From the NCBI GenBank assembly GCA_902559345.1, contig CACEHH010000001.1, positions 34,730 to 98,729 on the forward strand: a stretch of 64,000 nt of DNA, read 5' to 3'. A program made the translations under genes and the position numbers. Positions 19,675 to 29,070 of this stretch are shown here, in pieces (the stretch's first letter is position 1; every line of letters starts with the position of its first letter). The notes beneath the pieces are model-generated. The model saw only the letters and a list, made by a program, of their open reading frames with translations. It was not told the origin of the DNA and ran no database searches. The DNA comes from an uncultured SAR86 cluster bacterium. Lineage in GTDB: Bacteria > Pseudomonadota > Gammaproteobacteria > Magnimaribacterales > D2472.

Positions 19675-20646
19675 ATGAAAACTTATGAATATATTTGGCT
19701 AGATGGGTATCAGCCAGAACCTTCAATGAGAAGCAAGGTTAAAGCTACAAAAGATGAAACACCTCCAGACTGGTCTTTTGATGGTTCCTCTACACAACAA
19801 GCTGAGGGTGGAAGTTCGGATTGTTTATTATTACCTGTTCAAACCTATTCTAATCCAAATGGTCATGATTTAGTTATGACACAAGTGCAATCAGCAGATC
19901 ATAAAACTCACCCAACTAATTTTAGAGCTGCTGCTGATGGCGTTGTAACGGACGAATGGTGGTTTGGCTTTGAGCAAGAATATTTTTTTACAGATCCTGA
20001 ATCGGGTGAACCATTAGGATGGGAGAATGGTGAGCCAGGACCACAGGGACCATATTATTGTGCAGTTGGTGCAGGAAACGTAATTGGAAGAGAAATTTCT
20101 GATGCACATCTTCATGCTTGTCTTGATCTTGGAATTGAATTAACGGGAACGAATGCTGAAGTAGCTTTAGGCCAATGGGAATATCAATGCTTTGGAAAAG
20201 GAATCAAAGCAGCAGATGATCTTTGGGTAAGCAGATATCTTTTATATAAAATTGCTGAAGAATTTGGAGTTGGTGTAAATATTCACCCGAAACCAAAAAC
20301 AGGTGATTGGAATGGATCGGGAATGCATTGTAATTTTTCTAACGAAGCAATGAGAACTGCTGGATCTGAAGAGTTGTACAGCTCAATATGCGATAAATTG
20401 GGAGAGGTCCATGAAGAAGGTATTGCTTCATATGGTTCTGATAATGATATGAGATTAACTGGGCTACATGAAACACAAAGCATTGATCAGTTTTCATATG
20501 GTGTAAGCGATAGAGGTGCAAGCATTCGTATACCAGTCGCTACTGTTGAAAATGACTGGAATGGTTATCTTGAAGATCGACGACCTGCATCAAATGCTGA
20601 TCCTTATAAAATTCTTTCACATATAGTAGGAACTTTAACTAAATAG
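19675..20646 (+). CDS. glnII: Glutamine synthetase type II (eukaryote-like GSII)
   Basis: 323 aa. It has YIWLDG, FDGSSTQQAEG-SSD, WFGFEQEYFF, PQGPYYC, NAEVALGQWEY, DWNGSGMHCNFS and YLEDRRPASNADPY, all GSII hallmarks. AAGGAG Shine-Dalgarno upstream. Confidence 0.92.
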   Translation: MKTYEYIWLDGYQPEPSMRSKVKATKDETPPDWSFDGSSTQQAEGGSSDCLLLPVQTYSNPNGHDLVMTQVQSADHKTHPTNFRAAADGVVTDEWWFGFEQEYFFTDPESGEPLGWENGEPGPQGPYYCAVGAGNVIGREISDAHLHACLDLGIELTGTNAEVALGQWEYQCFGKGIKAADDLWVSRYLLYKIAEEFGVGVNIHPKPKTGDWNGSGMHCNFSNEAMRTAGSEELYSSICDKLGEVHEEGIASYGSDNDMRLTGLHETQSIDQFSYGVSDRGASIRIPVATVENDWNGYLEDRRPASNADPYKILSHIVGTLTK

Positions 20647-20684
20647 TTCTACATGCACTATTCTGCCTCATATATTTTCAATAC

Positions 20685-21788
20685 ATGGGGCAGAACTTAA
20701 AGATGAATATAGATATAAATCAATTATTATTCCTTAATAATCTTGCTTCAGAGATTATAATTTTAGACAAAGATCTAAAAATTATATGGCTTAATGATTC
20801 TGCTCTTAATAAAGGGTGGGTCTTAAATGCGAACAATAAAAATAATCTAATTACTCAGCAATTCTCCGAGAAAACTAATGGTCCTCTTATAAGCTTATTA
20901 AAAAAAACTATCGATAAAGATGGGGCTAAAACAAAAAGAGATTTTGAGCTAACTACAGCAGCAAATACCAAAAGAGTTATCGATATTACCGTTTCATGGA
21001 GTTGTGAGTTTGATTGTTTAATATTAGAAATATTATGTGTTGACAATCTTAATAAAATAATTGATTCTACAAAAACTTTTTCCACTCAAAAAATTGCTGC
21101 AAACCTTGCAAGAACTTTGGCCCATGAAGTAAAAAACCCCTTATCTGGAATTAGAGGAAGTGCTCAAATTTTAGATAAAAAATTAAAGGACGATTTTTCA
21201 TCCAAGTTTTTAGGAATTATTATCAATGAAACAGATAGGCTTAATTCTATAGTTACAAAAATCTTAACGCCCCCTTCTAAGCCAAATTTTGGTGCTTTTA
21301 ATATTCATTCAGCATTAGAGAAAGTTTATGGGCTTGCTGAGGCTGATGACAAAGAAACCAAAGTTAATATCATTAGAGACTATGATCCAAGTATTCCTGA
21401 GATAAATGGAGATGAAAATTTATTTGTTCAAGCATTACTAAACATTGTGAAAAATGCACAACAGGCTATCGAAAATGTAGAAAATCCTTCTATCATTATT
21501 AGATCTAGAATTGAGTATGGAAAACCAATCAATGGGGTTATTCATCAAACTGTTTGTTGTATTGAAATAAAAGACAATGGAGCTGGAATTCCAAAAGAGC
21601 TTCATGATCAAGTTTTCTTCCCCATGGTTTCTGTTAAGGAAGATGGTTCTGGATTGGGTCTTACAATAGCACAAGATATAATAAGAATTCATGGCGGTAG
21701 CATAGGTTTTAATTCAAGTGAAGGTAATACTGTTTTTGCCATTCATATACCTATAAAAGTTGCTAACCAGGAGTCTAAAATTGCATAA
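20685..21788 (+). CDS. ntrB: Nitrogen regulation sensor histidine kinase NtrB
   Basis: It has the H-box LAHEVKNPLSGIRG, an N box, and the G boxes DNGAGIP and GSGLGL. It is followed by ntrC. Confidence 0.85.
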   Translation: MGQNLKMNIDINQLLFLNNLASEIIILDKDLKIIWLNDSALNKGWVLNANNKNNLITQQFSEKTNGPLISLLKKTIDKDGAKTKRDFELTTAANTKRVIDITVSWSCEFDCLILEILCVDNLNKIIDSTKTFSTQKIAANLARTLAHEVKNPLSGIRGSAQILDKKLKDDFSSKFLGIIINETDRLNSIVTKILTPPSKPNFGAFNIHSALEKVYGLAEADDKETKVNIIRDYDPSIPEINGDENLFVQALLNIVKNAQQAIENVENPSIIIRSRIEYGKPINGVIHQTVCCIEIKDNGAGIPKELHDQVFFPMVSVKEDGSGLGLTIAQDIIRIHGGSIGFNSSEGNTVFAIHIPIKVANQESKIA

Positions 21789-23157
21789 AATATGGATCGC
21801 CGATGATGATGAGGCAATTAGGCTAATATTAGAAGAGTCTCTTTCGAGCTCTGGTTTTAAAACTAATTGCTTTTCCTCAGCCGATGAGTTATTAAAAAAC
21901 CTCAAAGACGATCAGCCAGACCTAATAATAACTGATGTACAAATGCCTGGAATGCTAGGTTATGACCTTTTAAAACACATTAATAATAACTTTGAACATC
22001 TACCTGTAATAGTTATGACTGCTTTTGCTGATATGCAAGCAGCTGTTGAATCTTTTGGGGGAGGAGCATTTGAATATATTCCCAAACCATTTGATTTGGA
22101 GGAAGCGATTGAGATAATTAAAAGAGCTCTTGAAGAAAAGCCAAAGACAAAAGGTCTAAAAAAAGATAACAAATTAGATATTATTGGTGAATCTCAAGCA
22201 ATGCAAGATGTTTTTAGATCTATAGGAAAACTATCAAACACTATAGCTACAGTCCTCATCCAAGGTGAATCGGGCACAGGGAAAGAACTAATTGCTAAAT
22301 CGCTTCATAAAAATAGCCCAAGAAATGACATGCCTTTTATAGCACTAAACATGGCAGATATTCCTAAAGAACTTGTTGAATCAGAGCTTTTTGGACATGA
22401 AAAAGGTTCATTTACAGGCGCGGTTGATAAAAGAATTGGTAGGTTTGAGCAAGCAAATGGTGGTACTTTATTTTTAGATGAAATTGGAGATATGCCACTT
22501 GATTCTCAAACTAGACTTTTAAGGGTGCTCTCAAATAGAGAGTTTTATAGAGTCGGAGGAGACAAACCAATAAAAGTTGATGTAAGAATTATTGCAGCAA
22601 CTCACCAAAATCTTAATAATCTTGTTTCACAAAAAAATTTCAGAGAAGATCTGTTTTATAGATTGAATGTTATAAAAATAGAAGTTCCCCCTTTGAGAGA
22701 CAGAAAAGATGATATTTCAGATTTATCAAAATTCTTTTTAAAAAACTATTCTGATTCTCTTGATGAAGATTTGAGAGTTATTTCTGATGAGGCTATGACT
22801 GCATTAAATAAATATGATTGGCCGGGCAATGTTAGGCAGTTAGAAAATGTTTGTTATTGGTTAACTTTAATGTCGCCATCTCAAAATGTAAAAGTGCAGG
22901 ACCTCCCTACCGAAGTAAAAGAATTTGAAATTACTGATATTCCATCGACCTCTTGGGAAGATGGAATGCAAAACTGGCTAAAGAATGTATCAATGAATAT
23001 TGATTCTGGTCTTTCCGAAATTGCTATAACAAAAATAGAAAAGATGCTTATAAGAACCGCATTAGAAAAATCAAATGGTAAAAAAAATGATGCAGCTCAA
23101 ATATTAGGATGGGGTCGAAACACTCTATCAAAGAAAATGAAAGAACACGGAATTTAA
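21760..23157 (+). CDS. ntrC: Sigma-54-dependent response regulator NtrC
   Basis: It has a receiver domain ([10 protein letters not shown]), the AAA+ Walker [15 protein letters not shown] (a GAFTGA variant), and a C-terminal HTH. The true start may be the TTG at 21781, which overlaps the ntrB stop. Confidence 0.9.
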   Translation: MLTRSLKLHKIWIADDDEAIRLILEESLSSSGFKTNCFSSADELLKNLKDDQPDLIITDVQMPGMLGYDLLKHINNNFEHLPVIVMTAFADMQAAVESFGGGAFEYIPKPFDLEEAIEIIKRALEEKPKTKGLKKDNKLDIIGESQAMQDVFRSIGKLSNTIATVLIQGESGTGKELIAKSLHKNSPRNDMPFIALNMADIPKELVESELFGHEKGSFTGAVDKRIGRFEQANGGTLFLDEIGDMPLDSQTRLLRVLSNREFYRVGGDKPIKVDVRIIAATHQNLNNLVSQKNFREDLFYRLNVIKIEVPPLRDRKDDISDLSKFFLKNYSDSLDEDLRVISDEAMTALNKYDWPGNVRQLENVCYWLTLMSPSQNVKVQDLPTEVKEFEITDIPSTSWEDGMQNWLKNVSMNIDSGLSEIAITKIEKMLIRTALEKSNGKKNDAAQILGWGRNTLSKKMKEHGI

Positions 23158-23558
23158 ACTAGCGGTAAGTTATCTATTTTCCATTGATTTATTCCACCTT
23201 TTAAAATACAAATATTCTCAAAACCTTCTTTTGCTAGCGCCTCTCCCGCATTTGGAGAAACACTGCCTGTTTCACAAACTAGTATTATTAATTTATCATT
23301 TTTATTGATCTCATTAGATCTTCTTGATAAATCAGCAAAAGGTATATTTTTTGATGATGTAATATGTCCAGCATCAAAAGATTCAGAGTCACGAATATCA
23401 ACTATCAATGATTTATCTTGATTTGAGAGACCAATTAAAGCTTGAGTAGAAATTTTCTTTCCGCCCTTTTTTGCATTTGATATAAAAAGTAAAACTATTA
23501 CTATCAAAAGGGGTGCCGATAAATAGTAATGATCTATTAAAAAATTAATTAGTTCCAT
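23154..23558 (-). CDS. Membrane-anchored rhodanese-domain protein (YibN-like)
   Basis: 134 aa with an N-terminal TM helix and a rhodanese fold with the active-site loop CETGSVS. Confidence 0.75.
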   Translation of the reverse strand: MELINFLIDHYYLSAPLLIVIVLLFISNAKKGGKKISTQALIGLSNQDKSLIVDIRDSESFDAGHITSSKNIPFADLSRRSNEINKNDKLIILVCETGSVSPNAGEALAKEGFENICILKGGINQWKIDNLPLV

Positions 23559-23603
23559 TAGTGTATTATCTATTAAAATGAAGAAGATTAATAAAAAATA
23601 TCA

Positions 23604-24227
23604 ATGAAAAAAAGAAATCTAATATTAGTTCGTCACGGCCAAAGTGAGTGGAATGAAAAGAATCTTTTTACAGGATGGGAAAATCCTGGCTTAACTGAAA
23701 AAGGTTCGAATGAGGCCAAGAATGCAGGATTTCTAATAAATCAGCTAGATATTAAATTTGATTATTTATTTACATCTGCATTAATCAGAGCTCAATTGAC
23801 AGGATCAATTATTTTAGAAAATTTGTATCAAAATAATTTAACTCTTATAAAAAATAAAGCACTGAACGAAAGGTTTTATGGTGATCTGCAAGGCCTTAAT
23901 AAAGATGAATGTAGAAAAAAATGGGGGGAAGAAAAAGTTCAGATGTGGAGACGATCCTATGATAAAGGCCCACCTGGTGGAGAAACTCTAAAAGAAACTG
24001 GGGAAAGGGTTATGCCCTATTATCTTGATGAAATATTTCCTTTAATTTTAGATGGTATGAATATAATTATTTCTGCTCATGGGAATTCGCTTAGATCATT
24101 GATTAAGTATCTAGATAATATTTCTGATGAAGACATTGTTAAGCTTGAAATACCAACAGGAGCGCCAATTCATTATCAGTTTGATGAATCTGGCAAGATT
24201 ATAAGCAAGAAGAATTTAATTGAATAG
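23604..24227 (+). CDS. gpmA: Histidine-phosphatase-family phosphoglycerate mutase (dPGM type, short form)
   Basis: 207 aa. It has LVRHGQSEWN, LNERFYG and SAHGNSLR motifs. Confidence 0.8.
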   Translation: MKKRNLILVRHGQSEWNEKNLFTGWENPGLTEKGSNEAKNAGFLINQLDIKFDYLFTSALIRAQLTGSIILENLYQNNLTLIKNKALNERFYGDLQGLNKDECRKKWGEEKVQMWRRSYDKGPPGGETLKETGERVMPYYLDEIFPLILDGMNIIISAHGNSLRSLIKYLDNISDEDIVKLEIPTGAPIHYQFDESGKIISKKNLIE

Positions 24228-25239
24228 CATCAACAAAAATAGCCAAGAATTTTCAGAAGGTGTAACAAACTGGTACTTATTAAATGGACGAGAAAGCTTG
24301 CCATGGCGAAGAAATGTTTCAGGTTATAAGGTTTGGATTTCTGAAATTATGTTGCAACAAACTCAAGTTAAGACTGTTATCCCCTTTTATAAAAAATTTA
24401 TTAAAAAATACCCAAATCTGGAATCAATTTCATCAGCAACAGAGGATGATATCTTAGCTTTGTGGTCAGGCCTAGGTTTTTATAGAAGAGCAAAAAATAT
24501 ATATAAATCAAAAGAAATTATAAAAAAAGAATATAAAAATAGATTTCCAAGAAAATTCAATGAGCTAATGTTGTTACCAGGCATAGGGCGATCTACTGCT
24601 GGAGCAATTATGTCTATAGCTTATAAAAAATCTTATCCAATATTAGATGCGAACGTTAAAAGAGTTATATCAAGGTATGAAAAGATTGATATGAGTGACA
24701 AAGATGTTATGAAAAAGCTTTGGATGTTATCTGAATTTCTAACTCCTATAAATAATATATTTGAATATACTCAAGGGATAATGGATTTAGGTGCAACAGT
24801 TTGTATCTCAAGATCTCCAAATTGTATTCAATGTCCTCTCAATCAATCCTGCAAAAGTGCCTATGAAACCTTTGATATTAATAAAAAAATTAAGAAAGAA
24901 AAGTCTAAGAAAAAGATATACTTCACATTAGCCCATTCAAAAAAATCTTTCTTACTATTTAAGAAGAATGATAAAACTTTTTGGGAAAGTTTATGGATTC
25001 CATACGATAATCAAAACCTTAAGAAATCAAATATTTTCAAAGAACCATATAAAAGCGAAGTCAAAAACCTTAATCATGCTTTATCGCATGTAGATCTTGA
25101 TATAACTATTGAAATCTTTGATTACAAAAAACCGTTTAAAATTGAAACAAATCTAGAGCACCAATGGATAAACAAAAACCAAATTGATAAATTTGGCCTA
25201 CCAAAACCTATAAAGTCTATAATAGAAAATTATGTCTAA
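24220..25239 (+). CDS. mutY: Adenine DNA glycosylase
   Basis: It has the HhH-GPD region (LPGIGRSTAGAI), the 4Fe-4S loop C-x6-C-x2-C-x5-C (CISRSPNCIQCPLNQSC), and a C-terminal NUDIX-like domain. It is followed by yggX. Confidence 0.9.
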   Translation: MNSINKNSQEFSEGVTNWYLLNGRESLPWRRNVSGYKVWISEIMLQQTQVKTVIPFYKKFIKKYPNLESISSATEDDILALWSGLGFYRRAKNIYKSKEIIKKEYKNRFPRKFNELMLLPGIGRSTAGAIMSIAYKKSYPILDANVKRVISRYEKIDMSDKDVMKKLWMLSEFLTPINNIFEYTQGIMDLGATVCISRSPNCIQCPLNQSCKSAYETFDINKKIKKEKSKKKIYFTLAHSKKSFLLFKKNDKTFWESLWIPYDNQNLKKSNIFKEPYKSEVKNLNHALSHVDLDITIEIFDYKKPFKIETNLEHQWINKNQIDKFGLPKPIKSIIENYV

Positions 25240-25501
25240 AAAAATATTATGCAAAAAACTCAATAAAGAAATGGTTGCTTTATCAGCGCCTCCTATGCCA
25301 GGACCAAAAGGAATTGAGATTATGAACTCAGTTTCTGAAGAGGCATGGGAGATGTGGAAGTCGCATCAAACTACTTTAATAAATGAAAGACATTTAGATA
25401 TGTCTGATTCAGAAAATAGAAAATGGTTAATGGAACAGATGGAGAAATTTTTTAATAATGAAGATTATGAAAAAGCTTCTGGCTTCAAAGCTTTAGACTA
25501 A
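25232..25501 (+). CDS. yggX: Fe(2+)-trafficking protein YggX
   Basis: 89 aa. It has EEAWEMWKSHQTTLINERHLDM. Conserved mutY-yggX pairing. Confidence 0.88.
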   Translation: MSKKILCKKLNKEMVALSAPPMPGPKGIEIMNSVSEEAWEMWKSHQTTLINERHLDMSDSENRKWLMEQMEKFFNNEDYEKASGFKALD

Positions 25502-25539
25502 AAAATAACATTTTTCTAAATTTTATTGCTTTTTTTGCT

Positions 25540-25565
25540 AGCTTAAAAATTTTAATTTTTAAGCT
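25540..25565. promoter_or_regulatory. Perfect 12+2+12 palindrome AGCTTAAAAATT-TT-AATTTTTAAGCT
   Basis: Read directly. It lies between the yggX stop and the dehydrogenase start. It could be an operator or a weak terminator. Confidence 0.35.
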
Positions 25566-25650
25566 TATAAATCATTCAATATTTTGATTTACAAAATAAA
25601 AAAAATAACGTCTAATTTAAGAAGTTTCATATTTTTAAGGGGTGCAAAGT

Positions 25651-28254
25651 ATGACTGACAAAACAAATTCTAAATTCCCATCTGAAGCAGAGGTAGTGAT
25701 TGTTGGAGTAGGCGGTATTGTTGGTTCAATGCTTGCATACTGGCTCACTGAATTAGGTGAAAAAAATATTGTTGGATTAGAAAAATCTACAATTATTCCA
25801 TCTGATATTGCTTCAACTGCGCATGCATCAGATTTCGTCTATAACACAACACATGACAAATTAGGTTGTTGGACAACAGCATATAGTAGAAAGTTTTATG
25901 AAGATAATGGTTTTTTTCTTAAAAAGGGAGGGCTGGAAATTTGTCGAAAAGATGATGATGAGCGCTGGGAAGAGCTAAAAAGAAAGGTTTCATCTGGTAA
26001 GGCGTTTGGAACAAATGTAAGACTGATCAGTGCAGCAGAAACGAAAGAAAAATTTCCGTTAATAGACGAGGATTCAATAAGAGGATCCATGTGGGATCCA
26101 GATGCAGGTCTTGTAGTTCCTCGGTCACAAGAAGTTGTTAACTTTGCCGTTGAAAGTGCAAAAGAGAAAGGGTCACTAAAAACATTTACTAATACTCCAG
26201 CTACTGGATTCGTAATTGAAGATGGAAAAATTGTTGGAGTTAAAACTGACAAAGGGACAATTAAAACTAAAAAAGTCGTTATTGCCTCAGGGATTTGGGG
26301 GCCTTTAATGGGAGATATGGCGGGTGTTGGCGTTCCTTTGATGCCTGTTGAACATCCTTTGTTGTTTTTTGGACCATATGAAGAAATTCAAAATACTGAA
26401 GAAATGTTGGTTTATCCTCTTCTCAGAGATCAAGGTAATTCAGCATACGTCAGAGACACCGGAAAATTTCATGGTGGTATGCTCGAATGGGGCTTCTATG
26501 AAGATAAAAATCCTAGGCTTGTCGATCCTGAAGATATAGGAAATCCTGACAAGACTATGTTATCTGATTCTATGAGATATTTAGAACTTGAAGAGATTGC
26601 AGAACCGCTAGAGAAAGCCTTTGAAACAACACCAATTCTTAGTGAATTGGGCTGGGACGAAAAAAGCTCATTTAATGGACTTCTTTCTGTAACAGCTGAT
26701 GCAGGTTCTTTAATTGGTGAAAGTCCTGAAGTTAGAGGTTTTTGGTTATGTGAAGCTGTCTGGGTTAAAGATGGGCCCGGTTGTGCCAGACTGTGTGCTG
26801 AAGCAATGGTCCATGGCAAAACTCAAGTAGATATGCATTCTTTTGACATATCACGATTCTATCCACATCAAAAAGATAGAGATTATGTAAAAACAAGAGC
26901 ATTTGAAAATTCTCAAACTATATACACCCCTGCTGTTCATCCCAGGGAGCCATATATTACTCAAAGAGAAATGTTTGTAAGCCCGTTTTACGAAAGAGAA
27001 AAAGAACTAGGCGGTCACTTTGAAAACGAAGTGGCAGGCTGGGAAAGAGCCCTCGCCTATACATCTAATAAAGAAAAGCTTGAACAATATATTAAAGAAG
27101 TGCCATCAAGAAAGAACGAATGGGATACGCGTCATGTACCCTATGACATTGCTAATGCTGAGCACCTAGCTATGAGTGATTCAGTTGGTATGATCAATTT
27201 ATCTCACTTCCCTATTATGGATATTAAAGGTCCAGATGCTGAACGCATGTTGGAATACCTTTCTGTTGCAAAAGTTGGAGGAAATACTCCTGAGGGCAAA
27301 GTCATTTATACCAACTTTTTAGATGAGGACGGAGGAGTTCACGCAGATCTTACTATTTCACGTTTAGGGACTGACAGTTACAGAGTTGTAACCGGCGGTG
27401 CTGACGGAAATCGTGATTGGGTTACTCTGCGTAATTATAGGGACGATAATGGACTTAACGCCAATATAGACATTAGAACACATGATATTGCAACGCTGGG
27501 TTTATGGGGTCCAAAAGCTGTAGATGCTTTAAGTAATTTTATAGACCCAAATGAGATTGATATACAAAATTTTCCTTTTGTTACTGCAAAAGGTTTAACT
27601 CTTAACTTATCCGGTGGTAAAAAAGTTGATGTGTGGGCGGCTAGAATTTCTTATGTTGGCGAAAGTGGATGGGAAATTTACTTTAATAACAATAAAGATG
27701 ATGGTTTAGCTCTTTATGATTCGTTGCTTGAAGTTGGAGTAGTCCCGGTCGGTATAGAAACGTATGCAAATAGCAGACGTCTTGAAAAAAGCTTTAGACT
27801 TCAGGGAGCAGACCTTGAAACAGAATATACTGCTATTGAGGCAGCCATCCAAAGACCACTTGTAAAAGAAGCAGATTTCCATGGCAAAGCTGCTCATTTG
27901 TCACATCGAGAAGAGGATCCATGTGCCATTCTATGTACCATGACATTAGATGATTTAAACGTATCAGGTGTTCCAAGATATCCTGTTGGTATCTCTCCAA
28001 TTATTGATCCTGCCACAGGTGAAGTTCCCGTCGATAGCAAAGGAAGAAGATCTTATACAACTGGAATGTCTTACTGCCCTTCTATCAAAAAATTTGTTGC
28101 TATGGGTTACTTACCAAAAGAGCTAGCTATTAAAGGCAAGCAACTGCTAATTGAATACTTTAACGAAGACGGTGATGGGGTTTATCCAATGACCGTGCAA
28201 ATTGTTGGTAAAGGATCCTTATATGATCCTAACAACGAAAGAGTTCGCTCCTAG
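25651..28254 (+). CDS. FAD-dependent oxidoreductase fused to a GcvT-type aminomethyltransferase domain (dimethylglycine/sarcosine dehydrogenase family)
   Basis: It has an N-terminal VIVGVGGIVG FAD motif (DAO domain) and a C-terminal folate-binding GcvT domain (about 860 aa in total). The ATG at 25651 after AAGGGG is preferred over the listed GTG at 25642. Confidence 0.82.
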   Translation: MTDKTNSKFPSEAEVVIVGVGGIVGSMLAYWLTELGEKNIVGLEKSTIIPSDIASTAHASDFVYNTTHDKLGCWTTAYSRKFYEDNGFFLKKGGLEICRKDDDERWEELKRKVSSGKAFGTNVRLISAAETKEKFPLIDEDSIRGSMWDPDAGLVVPRSQEVVNFAVESAKEKGSLKTFTNTPATGFVIEDGKIVGVKTDKGTIKTKKVVIASGIWGPLMGDMAGVGVPLMPVEHPLLFFGPYEEIQNTEEMLVYPLLRDQGNSAYVRDTGKFHGGMLEWGFYEDKNPRLVDPEDIGNPDKTMLSDSMRYLELEEIAEPLEKAFETTPILSELGWDEKSSFNGLLSVTADAGSLIGESPEVRGFWLCEAVWVKDGPGCARLCAEAMVHGKTQVDMHSFDISRFYPHQKDRDYVKTRAFENSQTIYTPAVHPREPYITQREMFVSPFYEREKELGGHFENEVAGWERALAYTSNKEKLEQYIKEVPSRKNEWDTRHVPYDIANAEHLAMSDSVGMINLSHFPIMDIKGPDAERMLEYLSVAKVGGNTPEGKVIYTNFLDEDGGVHADLTISRLGTDSYRVVTGGADGNRDWVTLRNYRDDNGLNANIDIRTHDIATLGLWGPKAVDALSNFIDPNEIDIQNFPFVTAKGLTLNLSGGKKVDVWAARISYVGESGWEIYFNNNKDDGLALYDSLLEVGVVPVGIETYANSRRLEKSFRLQGADLETEYTAIEAAIQRPLVKEADFHGKAAHLSHREEDPCAILCTMTLDDLNVSGVPRYPVGISPIIDPATGEVPVDSKGRRSYTTGMSYCPSIKKFVAMGYLPKELAIKGKQLLIEYFNEDGDGVYPMTVQIVGKGSLYDPNNERVRS

Positions 28255-28267
28255 ACATCTTAACTTG

Positions 28268-28296
28268 GTGACAATATTTATAAACTTGCCTATAAT
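28268..28296 (+). promoter_or_regulatory. Candidate sigma70 promoter for tRNA-Phe (GTGACA-N17-TATAAT)
   Basis: A near-consensus -35, an exact -10, and a 17-nt spacer. It ends 16 nt before the mature tRNA 5' end. Confidence 0.5.
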
Positions 28297-28312
28297 CCAA
28301 AGTTCAATTTAA

Positions 28313-28388
28313 GCCCAGATAGCTCAGTTGGTAGAGCAAAGGACTGAAAATCCTTGTGTCGGTGGTTCGATCCCACCTCTGGGCACCA
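28313..28388 (+). tRNA. tRNA-Phe (anticodon GAA), CCA encoded
   Basis: The cloverleaf was folded by hand. Acceptor stem GCCCAGA/TCTGGGC, D stem GCTC/GAGC, anticodon stem AAGGA/TCCTT with loop CTGAAAA, T stem GGTGG/CCACC with loop TTCGATC, 3' ACCA. Confidence 0.95.
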
Positions 28389-28417
28389 TTCTTAAAGGGT
28401 TTCTCAAGATTTAAGTT

Positions 28418-28474
28418 TTAACACACATTAACACACTGCTTAATTAAATAATTTGTGTGTTAGATTTAACACAC
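28418..28474. repeat. Array of TAACACAC motifs (three direct copies, one inverted)
   Basis: TTAACACAC occurs at 28418-26, 28428-36 and 28466-74. The inverted copy GTGTGTTA is at 28455-62, around an AT palindrome TTAATTAAATAATT. Confidence 0.6.
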
Positions 28475-28509
28475 TTTTTAACGCATCAAATTAAAGGCAT
28501 AATAGATAA

Positions 28510-29064
28510 ATGCAAAGTTATCGCATTTTATTATTTTTAATTCTTCTCTCATTTAATAATTTCGTATATTCGTTATCTATTTCATTTTCTATTAATTGCA
28601 AAGTTCAGGACTCTCTTTTGTTTTCTATGGAGGATGGTAAGTCCACCAGATATCCAAAAATTGAAGGTGATATTGGTGCTGGTGATGATTTAGTTTTGGA
28701 TTTTGAATTTGTTTTAACTGAATATGGATTATATAGACTTAATATTGGAAGCAATATTGGATCAAATTACAAATTTGCAGCATCTGCAGTAGATGCAGAT
28801 TATGATGGAATGTTTGAAGATCATGTAACCTTTGAGAATATTCATAGCATGGTGTTTGGAGAGAATTATATGAACATTGATGGATTTATGGGTATTGCGA
28901 ATTTATCTAGATATTATAAAAATGATTGGAATTTGCTTTATGTAGGGCATGGCATAAAAAAATCATCTGAAATGAAAAGTGCTAATTGTTTAGGTGTTTC
29001 TAATAAATATTCTGAAATGCTTGAGGTTATGAAATCACATCATAGAAATGATGAAGAAAATTAA
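28510..29064 (+). CDS. Hypothetical secreted protein (orphan cargo of the insert)
   Basis: 184 aa. It has a signal-peptide-like N-terminus (ILLFLILLSFNNFVYS) and no recognisable domain. It ends 6 nt before the repeat. Confidence 0.5.
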   Translation: MQSYRILLFLILLSFNNFVYSLSISFSINCKVQDSLLFSMEDGKSTRYPKIEGDIGAGDDLVLDFEFVLTEYGLYRLNIGSNIGSNYKFAASAVDADYDGMFEDHVTFENIHSMVFGENYMNIDGFMGIANLSRYYKNDWNLLYVGHGIKKSSEMKSANCLGVSNKYSEMLEVMKSHHRNDEEN

Positions 29065-29070
29065 TTAAGC

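Noticed and set aside
20661-20695. TTCTGCC ... GGCAGAA inverted repeat between glnII and ntrB as an attenuator or terminator
   Set aside because: The stem is 7 bp and the loop 21 nt. The right arm lies inside the ntrB start region and there is no U-tract. This is too weak.
28255-28312. Possibility that the dehydrogenase gene and tRNA-Phe are separated by a terminator
   Set aside because: No hairpin is visible. The spacer instead contains a near-consensus promoter, which is reported as a feature.
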